Part shown: positions 1-11,523 of the stretch, piece by piece | Layout: every line of letters starts with the position of its first letter | Numbering within the stretch: the stretch's first letter is position 1 | Source: Haliotis rubra | Lineage: Eukaryota | Assembly (NCBI RefSeq): GCF_003918875.1 | Contig: NW_025767635.1 | Location: 62,001-126,000, forward strand | Length of the DNA: 64,000 nt | Reading direction: 5' to 3' | Position numbers and translations under genes: made by a program | The notes under the pieces: generated by a model | Told to the model about the DNA's origin: nothing | Seen by the model: only the letters and a program-made list of their open reading frames with translations | Databases searched by the model: none

Positions 1-619
1 AGATAGGTCGTCTCTAGTATCGATAGGTCGTGTAGTATCGATAGGTTGTCTAGTATCGATAGGTCGTCTAGTATCAATAGGTCGTCTAGTATCGATAGTT
101 CGTCTAGTGTCGATAGGTCGTCTAGATAGGTTGTCCAGTATCGATATGTTGTCTATTATCGATAGGTTGTCTAGTATCGATAGGTCGTCTAGTATCGATA
201 GTTCGTCTAGTGTCGATAGGTCGTCCAGTATCGATAGGTCGTCTAGTATCGATAGGTCGTCTAGATAGGTCGTGTAGTATCGATAGGTCGTCTAGTGTCG
301 ATAGGTCGTCTAGTAACGATAGGTCGTCCAGTATCGATAGGTCGTCTAGTATCGATAGGTCGTCTAGATAGGTCGTCTAGTATCGATAGGTCGTCTAGCT
401 ATAGGTCGTCTAGTATCGATAGGTCGTCTAGTCTAGTATCGATAGGTCGTCTAGTATCGATAGGTCGTCTAGTGTCGATAGGTCGTCTAGTATCGATAGG
501 TCGTCTAGATAGGTCGTCTAGTATCGATAGGTCGTCTAGATAGGTCGTCTAGTATCGATAGGTCGTCTAGTGTCGATAGGTCGTCCAGTATCGATAGGTC
601 GTCCAGTATCGATAGGTCG
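1..619. repeat. 18-bp minisatellite (TAGTATCGATAGGTCGTC)n, running off the window start
   Basis: Direct tandem copies with short deletion variants; two CpGs per unit; explains spurious ORF 295-543. Confidence 0.95.
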
Positions 620-668
620 ATTACAACAAGTTAAGCAAAAAGTGTTACAATTGACCCTGGTCTCCCCC

Positions 669-998
669 ACTACAGATAGGTACCCCCACATACATATTCC
701 CACACACCCTAGATAAAATCAGAATACAGAACCGTACCCATGGACGAGGCCATTTTCTTGATAGGACCTGTCATACTATTGCTTGAGATGCATTCGATTG
801 CATTATATAAGAAACGTGATGCGCGATGCACATTATCAGTCGAGCGGGATCTATAAAATGAACTGGCTTCGGTTTTAGGTTGAGGAATATAGGAACTCGT
901 CCGTCGTTTAGGGTACAGGGTACGTTTCTGTATTCTGAATTTGGCTAGGGTACATATCTGTATACAGAAACGTACCTAGGGTACATATATGTAGTACC
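669..998. mobile_element. Degenerate MITE-like element with long imperfect inverted arms
   Basis: CCCTAGATAAAATCAGAATACAGAACCGTACCC (707-739) is the inverted partner of GGGTACGTTTCTGTATTCTGAATTTGGCTAGGG (918-950); similarity extends outward; no clear TSD. Confidence 0.4.
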
Positions 999-1196
999 CG
1001 TAACTACAACCACCCTTCCGTTGTATATGTGTTACTGAAACTTCTGGCATAGCACTTTTTACACAGACCAGCTCACAATTAAAACGATTAGTGTTTATTT
1101 TCATAGATACAAGATACAAGATATGTTATTGCGCAACCGTTTCATGTAGAAACAGTGACAATATTCTATAAACTACATAAACGATATATATATATA

Positions 1197-2695
1197 CTCT
1201 CCCAAAAAAGAAACGCATTTTATAGGAATTTCAACGTATTTTTATGTCCATTTTGAAACATCTTGTAGGCTTTATGAGTCAATGAAATTGCACACTGGGA
1301 ATGTAGACTTATCCGTCTTTGGCACCAACTCGAGGAAAGTCAGTGTCACATGGAGACGTGTGGTGGCGCTGAAGTCAATACCTCGTGTGACCACCAAGGG
1401 CATCCAGAACTGCACGGCATCGCCACGGCATCGAACGAATAAGTCTCAGAATCTCGTGTTGCCCAATCGCACCCCACTCTGCCTGTAGTGCCTGTGCGAG
1501 TTGCTGAAGTGTCTGGGGCTGAGGGTTACGGCGTCGCATCCGTCTGTCCAGGGTATCCCACAGATGTTCGATCGGGTTTAAGTCCGGTGATCTTGAGGGC
1601 CAGGGGAGCACATTGATGTTGTGGTTCTGGAGGAAGTCTCTAGTGTGACGTGCTGTGTGGGGCCTGGCATTGTCCTGTTGAAACAACTCCCTCTGGCGAT
1701 CACTGATTGGAAGGAGGTGTGGGCGTAGGAGTTCGTCACAGTACCGTTGAGCTGTCAGGTTGCCCTGGATCATCACCAGATCACTTCTCCTACGGCAGGT
1801 GATTTCCCCCCCACATCATAACACTGCCCCGGCCGAATCTGTCCACCTGGGGAACGCAAGCGTCGGCGAAACGTTCACGTCGACGTCTGTACACCCGCAT
1901 TCTTCCATCGCGTCGTTCCATTAGAAATCGTGATTCATCACTGAACCAGATTCTACGCCAATTCGGTAGGTTCCAGGCCTGAACGTTGGTGCACCATTGA
2001 ACTCGATGTCGACGATGTTGTTGAAGCACAGGGCCAAAATAAGGTCTTCTGGCACGTAAACCAGCCCCTCTCAACCTGTTCCTGACGGTCTGTGCAGAAA
2101 GCCTCCTCAATCCGGGTATTTGTCGAGCGGTACTGGTCGCCGTAGCTGTTCGATGACGCAGGTGATGTACCTGGATGTAGCGATCCTGCACCGCAGTGGT
2201 CGCTCGAGGTCGCCCACTACGAGGGGCATCTGCATTCTGCCGGCGATATCTCTCCCAGAGCCGTGAAATGGTGCTTTGGTGAACATTAATGCGTCGGGCA
2301 ACTGCACGTTGAGACTGGCCAGCTTCAAGCAAACCAATGCCGATATGACGGTTGGCTTCACTTAAACGTGGCATTTTGCGTTCAACAATATTCCAAATAC
2401 AGTGAATAATCGACAGACAGCGATCAACCTTTTATACCCATCATTGAGACTATCTGATCCCCAATTTTCACGTGCATTACATGTGAATTGTGTATTCTGT
2501 GACACTACACGCCGAAATTGAAAATCATGCTGTTAAATAGGGGTATTTTACGGATGGTGCGGTTTGTTGTGATGTTTCAAACATAAACACCATAGGACTC
2601 ATAAACAGAGCAAAACCTTTTGTAAAATGAATCACGTTTTAATTCATTGCTACATGAAATTGCTATTTTCATAATGCGTTTCTTTTTTGGGAGAG
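1197..2695 (-). mobile_element. Full-length Tc1-family DNA transposon (~1.5 kb)
   Basis: Perfect inverted match TACTCTCCCAAAAAAGAAACGCATT (1195-1219) / 2673-2697 including the flanking TA; inserted in a (TA)n run; encloses the transposase. Confidence 0.95.
1375..2374 (-). pseudogene. Tc1 DD34E transposase with a single +1 frameshift
   Basis: N-terminal HTH, GRPR motif, WFSDESRF, FQQDNARPH, WPSRSPDLNPIEHLW (34 residues between D and E), ending GGHTRY. ORFs 1790-2374 and 1375-1776 join if one base is removed from TGGGGGGGAAATC at ~1802-1813. Confidence 0.93.
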
Positions 2696-2781
2696 TATAT
2701 ATTATTTTTGTAAACAGGAGGCTACTTTCTTTCTGTGAGGGCAAGGCTTTGAGAGTAATTAATTTGAGAGGAAAGAATTAA

Positions 2782-3103
2782 GGGACCGTTCATAATTTAT
2801 GGCTAGGGGGTGTGATGATGATTTTAAGGAGGGTCACCCATTTTGTTCTGGGGAGGTAGGGGGGTCATCAATTTTGTACACATGTATCTAGGGGGTCATC
2901 AATTTTGTACATAAACATATTTAAAAATTATGCTTAAAACATATTGGAAGGGGAGGGGGTCATTGATATTGTTCATGACATGCATGGGGGGGGGGGGACA
3001 CTCACTCTGTACATAAATTTACATGCTTCTCCATAAAAATCATCATCAAACACACACACACACACACACACACACCCCACGGCCAGAAATTATGAACGGT
3101 CCC
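2782..3103 (+). mobile_element. PIF/Harbinger (Tourist-like) MITE
   Basis: TIRs GGGACCGTTCATAATTT / AAATTATGAACGGTCCC; 3-bp TAA TSD at 2779-2781 and 3104-3106; internal (CA)n. Confidence 0.88.
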
Positions 3104-5006
3104 TAAATAAGGAGTGTCTTACATCTGATTATTTACTGCAAGACATATATCTTTTTATAGAATGTTCCAAGGTACTGCAATGAAACAGACACGGGGTAAA
3201 TCTGAAATGTTGTTTAGAATCCTATAGTCAACAAGTCCAAATATATATGACATCACCGCACGCCCTCAGCATTAAGGCTCTATGACGAAATCTCTCAGGC
3301 CTGACAGCATTATCCGACAATGGCTTTCATCTCCAGTGCACTAACCTAACCTGAAGCCCGGCGAATGTGGAAACCTGACCTGGGGCCTGAGGAAAAGCTA
3401 TGCTCAGAGATTAAACAGATTATCCTACACGCTTTTGGGCCGACCTTGAAGTGTAGGAAACACGTATAGAAATGGCTAGCAACATCTATCCGAAACATTA
3501 TCATCTTCCTGACAATAAAGCAGCTCCGATGTTGTGTTGGTTTACAGTCTGTGTGCAGGTACTACTGTGGCCACCTGGTAGGTCTCCAAGGTTTATTTTC
3601 AAACCTGATGTAGTCTGACAAACCTCGGTCAGTCTGCCGCACACAAGCCCGCATCAGTCCAGAAGACTGTCAGATGCATCCCAACAGATGGCAACACCAT
3701 TGCTTCCCTATTACACCATAAGTCTGATGCCGAGTTAGGACAGACATGTGAGCCAATATCATTGAGAACCACACAATAACCATTGCAAATATGGTTGCAC
3801 CAAATGACGAGCTTGGAGATCAGTCAGTTGTCCCAGTGGTGTAATGTTGTTTTGTCAACGTTTATGCATAATTAAGCGGGGTGCGTAGGCACGTAAGCAT
3901 TCATGATTGTTGGTGATATCGCCCTACGGATGCAGAAGTAGTCTCTTATATATATATATAACATATGACATATATATATATATATATAACCGACATCTAA
4001 TGACGGACTAGCCTTGCTCCAAGGCTGTACTGAAGGCTAAGCCCATAGATGTATAGTAATTCTAGCCCTAAAGAAGCAAGTGTGGAAAAGCGGACGCCAG
4101 TCTGTTAGGGGGGATGTTTATATTTTTTAGAAATTATCATTTAAACTCTTAATTATCCCCTTATAGGCGTGTGCAAGTCTAATGTCGGACGTACTTTCTA
4201 CAATGTTCCATAAAACAGCAGCATGTAAACCCGTCAGCACTCAGAAACTCAAGAACGCTAACCGACTTGAGAACGGGCGCTGAAGGTTTTATCACTTAGT
4301 AAAGCCTGTTGCTATTTATAGTTTATATCTATTTCCGCCGCGAGTAGACAAACGCGAGTGGTGAACATCTTCTCATTACACGCTGCTCGGATGGAGCACG
4401 TTTTGCGTGTGGATATGCTACATTTATCGTGAAAACAGCACACTGTAACACCCTTCAGCATGTCTCTAAAGGTAAGACTTGTTGCACAATGCACAAATAA
4501 GCACCTTGTACAACATTGTCTCGGAGTTGGTGCGTCGCGAGCCACTAATGCAGGGACCAGTTGTTTGCTGTTCAACAGACAGTACACATATTCACCGTGC
4601 ATGTGAACAGGATGAGGTGGAATAAATTTGTTATTCGTATTTTCCAGAAGTTCATGATCTCATCAGCTACTTATTTCCGAACAATGTCAAAGTAAGACCG
4701 AAAGTGTGGCAAATTATTTTGATGGAGAATGTCAACTAGTGATAATAGGATACACTCTCCCTGACTGTGATGTTTGGGCGCAATGACAGCTTACAGTATA
4801 TTCCACCTATATTGCTCTGCCTCTGATACTGACGACCAATTTAGGATCGTGAGTCCCACGTTTGGCGTTGTCATATGTCATGGAAACGCCAGTCATGTTC
4901 AAGTCATACTTTCTTGAAAGCAAAATTGGTAAATTCTTTCAGTGGCATTTCGACCTGGTTCAGCTTGTGTGCTGAATGCATGGAAATACAAACGCATGAT
5001 GTTTAA

Positions 5007-6894
5007 AGGTCACATGCAACCAAAACATCAAACATAATAAAAACACACTTATCACTTATTCATGTCATATAATATATATTGCTGATTATGAAAAAACATA
5101 TAAACAACTTATGAGTGTACAATACCAAATCAAAAGTGCAATATTTCGTAGTTAGGTTTACTTCCTTCGAAACGAAGCACCCGGGATACTGAACCCAGTC
5201 AGAGCGAGTGGGCGTGCACTTAAAGGGGCACTGATCCAGAGCAATTTCCGTGGACTCATTGTTGCTTTTGTTATTGTTTTTCTCCCTTGAGTACCCGGAT
5301 GATATCCCATAATTCTTGACTGGTTCGTAACCTCTGCTGCGCTACCCGCATGTGCAATTGATAGTATAAGTACAGATTGACCAACAATGAGGAAATCGTT
5401 TTTACTCGATAATATTTCCATCTTCATTAATTTGACCAAACCCAGTCAGAGCGGGTGGGAGTGCACTTAAGTGTAACGAGGTCTTTCATTGGCTGGTTCA
5501 TTTGCCGATGCCCTCACAGCTCATTGTGTGTATATATATAGAGATGTTGGGTTTTGTAAATACATGCTCATTTTTTGTGTGTATAACAGTTTGCAATCAA
5601 CAGACATCATAACATGTCATGTGTATAAGTATCACACCTGCCTGTCTGTGTAATTACATAATGTGACTGAGACCGAACTCGGGTCATAAATGAATGCGTT
5701 TTGTTTATAGGTGTATAGCCTGATAGGTGTTAAGTTCAAATTGCATGTGGTCAGTGATCGAAGTTGTGTATTGAATATTGTCATTAGCAGACAGGCAGGC
5801 AGACACATACGTGTCAATAAAACAGACATTGAGTTTTGTCTGTGACAACAACATATCTATATCACAGTTAGAAATTCTGTCAACGCTAAATAATGACATT
5901 GCTTTCAAGTATCAAACTGAGAAAGTGACTCGGTAAGAAGAAGGTGTGGTGAAATAGACAAATGAAATTATATAAACAGTTAAATTGGTAATCTACTGTC
6001 ATAACATATAAGAAGCTCGCGACCTGTGAAATATCAACAAAACATTAGAAACATAACTCACATCAAAGCCTTCACCGAGTATTCACCGCCAGCGAAGGTT
6101 TTCTGTCTGGAAATGTCGAACGCCTCACTGGTTGACACACAGCTGAGTAGATCTAGATCCTAACAAGGTTCTTTTGATTTTTATGTAATGAGTAGATTAT
6201 TTACTATTTGTTTTGATTAGACTACTCCTGCTCACGACTTTATATTAAATCCGGACATCCCGCTTCCAAGCTGAGCGACACTATTTTCACTGTGCATGCG
6301 CTATGAGCGCTGCCCAGCGCAGTGCAGCACAGCTGTTGAAACCACTTTTCACCCCAAGAGCTGGGGTGAGGTGAGGTGAAATTGGGTTTTACATCGTGCT
6401 TGAGTATATTTAGCTCATATGACGGCGCATGCATGTATGTGTATGTGCGGCTGCTTGTACTAGCCCAGACTTAAGCTGGTTTTATAGTGCTAGCCCACTG
6501 AGATACCATGCCGCAGTGAAGCATGAATACCCCACTCAGACACATTATACTGACTCCGAGCCGACCAGTCCTTGTTGTACCCATTAATGCCGAGCGCCAG
6601 GCAGGGACCAAAAAGTACCATATTTTAACGTCTTTTTGGTATGACGCGGCCAGGGATCAAACCCACGACCTTCCGCTCTCCGGGCGGACACTCTAATCAC
6701 TACACCACAGAGGCGGTCCCCAAGAGCTGGGGTGAATTTTGTGAATCGTTTGAACTCCGATTTCACGGGTATTTTTCATTGCGTTATTTTTCAACTTTAT
6801 AAGTTGAATTTGCATTTTTGATGATTTGTATCTGTAAGTCCATACCGAAAGGTATCAGATTCTGCAAAGTTGTGTTTTACGTTGCATGTGACCT
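5007..6894. mobile_element. Non-autonomous Kolobok-type DNA transposon
   Basis: TIRs AGGTCACATGCAAC / GTTGCATGTGACCT flanked by TTAA (5003-5006, 6895-6898); AG...CT termini with TTAA fit Kolobok rather than piggyBac; internal ~32-bp direct repeat at ~5192 and ~5439; no transposase ORF. Confidence 0.82.
6370..6717 (-). mobile_element. tRNA-headed SINE (family A), full length, nested in the Kolobok element
   Basis: Minus-strand A box TGGTGTAGTGA and B box GGTTTGATCC; (TCACC)n tail; 18-bp TSD CCCCAAGAGCTGGGGTGA at 6352-6369 and 6718-6735; second copy at 19606. Confidence 0.9.
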
Positions 6895-7010
6895 TTAAGT
6901 ATCATTACCTCTGAAAAACTGCAACTTGAGCACATGTGCTGGTGTGAGACAATCTACTGGCTAACACAACTGACCGTGACACAAGAGTGGTCTAACCTCT
7001 GTAAGGACAG

Positions 7011-7151
7011 GGGCGGTGGGGTAGCCTAGTGGTTAAAGCGTTGGTTCGTCACGCCGTAGACCCGGGTTCGAATCCCCATGTGGGTACAATGTGTGAAGCC
7101 CATTTCTGGTGCTCCCCACCATGATGTTGCTGGAATATTGCTAAAAGCGGC
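7011..7151 (+). mobile_element. tRNA(Asp)-like-headed SINE (family B)
   Basis: A box GTAGCCTAGTGGTT and B box GGGTTCGAATCCC followed by a non-tRNA body; 10-bp TSD GTAAGGACAG at 7001-7010 and 7152-7161; related copies at 35440 and 53425. Confidence 0.9.
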
Positions 7152-7543
7152 GTAAGGACAGCCTAATGAATTTTGAGGCAATGTTGATATCCACGTCTGA
7201 GTACTGATTGGTTACCCATGATCTTTGAACATTTTGATATATGAAAGGGCACAGGTTAATTAATTTCTTTCACCTGAACAAGCAGAAAAAGAGAAGTCGT
7301 TATTTGGAAATATCCCTAATGTTTTTAGTGTGATTTAGCATTTCAAGCATTTTAGAATTCTGATTCACGGATGATAAGCTGGCATGGATTGATTTGGATC
7401 AATGTCTTTGTTTCATAGCTTGATATTTAATAATGTCAAGTAATAATAGCATGTCAGTTGACTTCTACTATTAAATACACACACTTGATTTGTTTGAGTC
7501 TGTAAGCTAAAGCCCATTTTGTCTTTCGCCATTCAAGTTAGTG

Positions 7544-7884
7544 CAGGGGTCCAGATAAGGGGCATATGTACGGATATAAAATATGCATGATACGGTAGGA
7601 AATGATTAAGAAAACGTAGCACATAGGCACCACAGCAATGCTGTACGGTCTTAGAATCATTTACTGACATATTTATCTGAAAAAATATTGTTTTATTGTT
7701 TATTGACCTGTTTACACAAGAGTAGCAGTGCTGTGGTGCATATATGAAACGAGACACAAGATTACTGGTCCGCCATTAAATTCCATTCAGTACTCTAAAT
7801 GTACTCTTAAGTTCTTCCAGTACTCCTATATTGAAAAGATAAGAAGTACGTACTCCTAAAGCTGAAAACTTATCTGGAGCCCTG
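7544..7884. mobile_element. hAT-like MITE with 6-bp TSD
   Basis: TIRs CAGGGGTCCAGATAAG / CTTATCTGGAGCCCTG (1 mismatch); TTAGTG at 7538-7543 and 7885-7890. Confidence 0.75.
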
Positions 7885-8042
7885 TTAGTGTATAGTTGGA
7901 CAGGAAGCACATGCACACATTATATTGGCCACAACCTGTTAGTGTATAGTTGGACAGGAAGCACATGCACACATTATATTGGCCACAACCTGTTAGTGTA
8001 TAGGTGGACAGGAAGCACATGCACACATTATATTGGCCACAA
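7881..8042. repeat. 54-bp tandem triplication starting at the MITE right end
   Basis: CCTGTTAGTGTATAGTTGGACAGGAAGCACATGCACACATTATATTGGCCACAA x3. Confidence 0.95.
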
Positions 8043-8077
8043 TCAAGTGGCATAGTTAATGGTAACACTGCTCATAG

Positions 8078-8506
8078 TAGTGCTGGGAATTGGTTGAAAT
8101 ATCGCAATCGATGATTGCTTCATTACCAACAAACAATGATCGAAAAAAAATTGGTTAGCGTCATTTTTCAGATTTTCCTATCCAGGTTGTTATTACAGAT
8201 ATGTATAACATGATGCAACTTGCTACTTTAAAGTGATGACTTATATATCATGAACATAAACTTCCTGGAGTCTTCAAGAAATATTCAGTCATGGCTTTTC
8301 AGTTAGTAAAGTGAGTTTTCTATAAATTAAACACGTTTTCAGGCACTGACAACATCAACGATATGTTCCATTGTCAAGTATTTCAAAGACTAAAAAAGTA
8401 GTTCAAAAATCGTTTATGTTCGATTATGAGAAAATGTGATCGATTGCTTGGTAGTTTGGTCACTGCGACCAATCTTCGATTATTTCAATTAATCGGAACA
8501 CCACTA
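8078..8506. mobile_element. hAT MITE
   Basis: TAGTG...CACTA termini; imperfect TIR; subterminal CGATT/AATCG motifs; exact 8-bp TSD GCTCATAG at 8070-8077 and 8507-8514. Confidence 0.82.
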
Positions 8507-8863
8507 GCTCATAGTAGCTTACAGTTACACAGGTTCCCATTTGGTATTATTGGTAACCACTCAACATTATTAATTCTGGTCTGATGTTGTGAAGGCATTA
8601 CTTGTTGTGTAATATGTACTTGGAAACAGAGCGACAGACGAACTGTCGGAAATGCATTGATGAAAACTATAAAACTGTCATTGATTAATCACTATTATCT
8701 TGCAAAGTTATCTTACACAGTGGATTTGTCCAAAGTTTGTGCTCATGTATGTAGGTTTACTTGAGCTAACAGAATACACGGTAACCTGTAATTTGTAAAA
8801 TGGTATAGTTATAATATCTAGGCACATTATGGATTGTCTCAGTCTCAGTGAATCCTACTTTAC

Positions 8864-9297
8864 CAGACTTGCCTGTCCTTACGATTTTGGAGTAAGGCTT
8901 ACTATTTTTGGTGCTAAATTATGACCTTACGATCATGCTGAAATTCCTTATGACTTCTACAAATATATGGTAGAATACTAGATATAGGCATGCCCTTGCT
9001 ATTTATAGTCATTTACGGTACATAAAGTACAGGAAAACAGAAGTCGCACCATAAACATTATAAATAAATAATCTTTGCATCTTACAGTGCCGGTAAAACT
9101 TATTTCCAAGTGAAAGACTTTCAAAAACGTTAATTAGATCGGCACCACATTTTACTATTAAACACTATATTAAGATTTTAACCAGCAATGTTTTTCCTTT
9201 ATTTCTTGACATTAACATGCCTTACTATCAAATGCACCTGCCTTACTATTTTTTAGCAGATCTTACTATTTTCTTTAAAAGGGGGTAGGCAAGTGTG
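8864..9297. mobile_element. hAT-like MITE with 6-bp TSD
   Basis: TIRs CAGACTTGCCT / AGGCAAGTGTG (1 mismatch); CTTTAC at 8858-8863 and 9298-9303; repeated subterminal CTTACTATT/CTTACGATT. Confidence 0.72.
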
Positions 9298-9810
9298 CTT
9301 TACACACACACCAATGCTGAAAAGGATTGTGAACCCATGAACAAGTTTTATTGACTGAGTGAATATTTCTGTCAATGACTGTAACATAAACACTCAGTTG
9401 GATTGATAACCAATGTTCCGGTGGAATTCTTAGCGTTTTTTCAAAGTGTATTTATTGTAAACAAAAGTGGCAGAATGTCAAGCAAGTGACCTTTTAAAAC
9501 TTGATCACGCATCTTACCAATGCCCACATTGCCTTATTAAGTCCAATTAATTTGATCTTTGTTGAACAATGTGACAGCTTGCCCTTATACTCTCAAATGA
9601 GCCTATGTTTGGCACAGCGTAGAATTTGAACTAGTCCAGAGTTCCATGATATCCAATGGGTACGCACAGGGAGGGACAATATCAAAGGCAACAACCAGGC
9701 TTAATAAATTGTCAGAGTGTAATCATTTCGTTATAAATGTATTTCCTCAGCATGTTCATGTGTCTGCTGTTTGTTTCTGCTCACTGACACATTAAGATAT
9801 ATGTATATGT

Positions 9811-10118
9811 CAGGGTAGAGACTGCGATCTGGTAGAATCGGAGATTCTACCAGTAGAGATTGCGATCGGAGTCTCTACCAGTAGAGATTGCGATCGGAGT
9901 CTCTACCAGTAGAGATTGCGATCGGAGTCTCTACCAGTAGAGATTGCGATTCTTTGCGATCGGAGTCTCTACCAGTAGAGGCGATCGGAGTCTCTACCAG
10001 TAGAGATTGCGATCGGAGTCTCTACCAGTAGAGATTGCGATCGGAGTCTCTACTGGTAGAATCTCCGATCCTACTAGTAGAGATTGCAATCGTAGTCTCT
10101 ACTGGTAGAGACTACGAT
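9811..10118. repeat. 28-bp quasi-palindromic array bracketed by inverted repeats (probable orphan transposon end)
   Basis: Unit ACCAGTAGAGATTGCGATCGGAGTCTCT; 9829-9859 is the inverted partner of 10047-10077; begins CAGGG. Confidence 0.8.
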
Positions 10119-10910
10119 TATATGGAATAACCTTTGCAAGCATGTGCAAGCTTATGCAAGCAAGTATAATAAGTGGGGATAATGTTTTCCTATTATTTGC
10201 CAGTTATAATTGAACTTATTTATTGTTATCTTGTTAACTTTATTTGTTAAGTCTGTTTTGGAGTAAGGTATTTTGTTTTTGGTTTTTGAGTGGAGTCCAA
10301 ATTTGGCAGCTTGGTCTCATGATGTAAATACAGTGTTACAAACCATTTTTATTTTTTATTTTGATATTGTTTACATTGAGGTGTTAAATGTTTGTTATCA
10401 AAGTCTCAGTTAAAAGTAGGAAGTTCATTCAGATGTATTTCAAAATAAAGTTTAGAACTTATGATTATGCAGTGTTTGCCATGACGCAGAAAAACCTTCG
10501 TATTTGACTCACAAATTATCTCAAATACGCAGTGAATTTATAAGCTCGCGTCATTGTTGAGGTAATGCTCGACCTGGGCTGTTAGTTCAGATAACTTTAC
10601 TTTAGTTTAAGTTTGAGTACATATTGTAATTTATTGTTGTTTAAAACTACTAAGTTTAATGTTTGCCAGTTAACTGCTCAGTGCTGATTAAATTCCTGAC
10701 CTGCCTTACTTGGACCTGTTTTTATTAAACAATAACAGTTGATCTCTTGATGAAAGAAGTTGACTCCCCAAAACATGTCCATGACTCCCTCTCATGACAC
10801 CAGGGAGTCATGATGACTCCTAAATTTTTATGCCTAGGGCAAACACTGATTATGCAATTGATCTTGCTTGTATTCAGTTTTGTAATCAGTTTTGTAATAT
10901 TTGTATATTT

Positions 10911-11086
10911 AAGAAATACAGTTCGCTCTACCACCATGTATAGTGTAATAAAACACACTTTTGCCCTGAACTATTATAGTTAACGCATGAGGACGCTTGC
11001 GTCTGAGTGCTTTAACGTCATAATAGTTCAGGGCGAAAGTGTGTTTTATTACACTATACATGGTGGTAGAGCGAACTGTATTTCTT
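10911..11086. mobile_element. Fold-back (palindromic) non-autonomous element, superfamily unassigned
   Basis: 67-bp arms at 10911-10977 and 11020-11086 with one mismatch; 42-bp partly self-complementary spacer; no obvious TSD. Confidence 0.8.
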
Positions 11087-11429
11087 TTCTAAGATGCCAA
11101 ATTTAGAAACATACAGCCGATCAATCATCGAAAATAACTGTTTTGCGTCATTTATCAAATGTTCCTGTTATCTTTGTTAATGCACACACAAAGAAAAAAG
11201 ATGTAGTAATTTGGGTCTTTTGCAAATTGCACAAAATCCATTGGCAAATTTCGCATATTTAAAGGATGATTAGTATGTTAGGAACACAGATTTCCTGGAT
11301 TCTTTAAGATAAATTCAATCATGACTTGGAACGGGCTTGTAGTGCTTATGAAATGTAAATTTAATGACACAGACAAAACCAACCTTGTGTAAAATATTGT
11401 TGATGCAAACAAGTGTTCCAAAATTGGTT

Positions 11430-11523
11430 GTGTTCGATTATTAGAAAACACAATCGATTGCTTGGTCGTTTAGGCACTGCGACCAATCTTCGATTATTTC
11501 AATTAATCGGACCACCACCACTG
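11430..11523. mobile_element. Right end of a second copy of the 8078-8506 hAT MITE family, abutting the truncated Gypsy integrase
   Basis: CGATTGCTTGGT...CACTGCGACCAATCTTCGATTATTTCAATTAATCGG closely matches 8441-8506. Confidence 0.8.

Noticed and set aside
1105-1190. (ATACAAG)n plus TTATT, a possible minus-strand LINE 3' tail hosting the Tc1 insertion
   Set aside because: No recognisable ORF or TSD to confirm it.
5007-6894. piggyBac assignment based on the TTAA TSD
   Set aside because: Termini are AGG...CCT rather than CCY...RGG, which fits Kolobok better.
7011-7085. tRNA-Asp-like gene (also tRNA-like heads at 6645-6717 and 19606-19680)
   Set aside because: Cloverleaf stems are imperfect, and the sequence continues into a SINE body with a TSD and multiple diverged copies.
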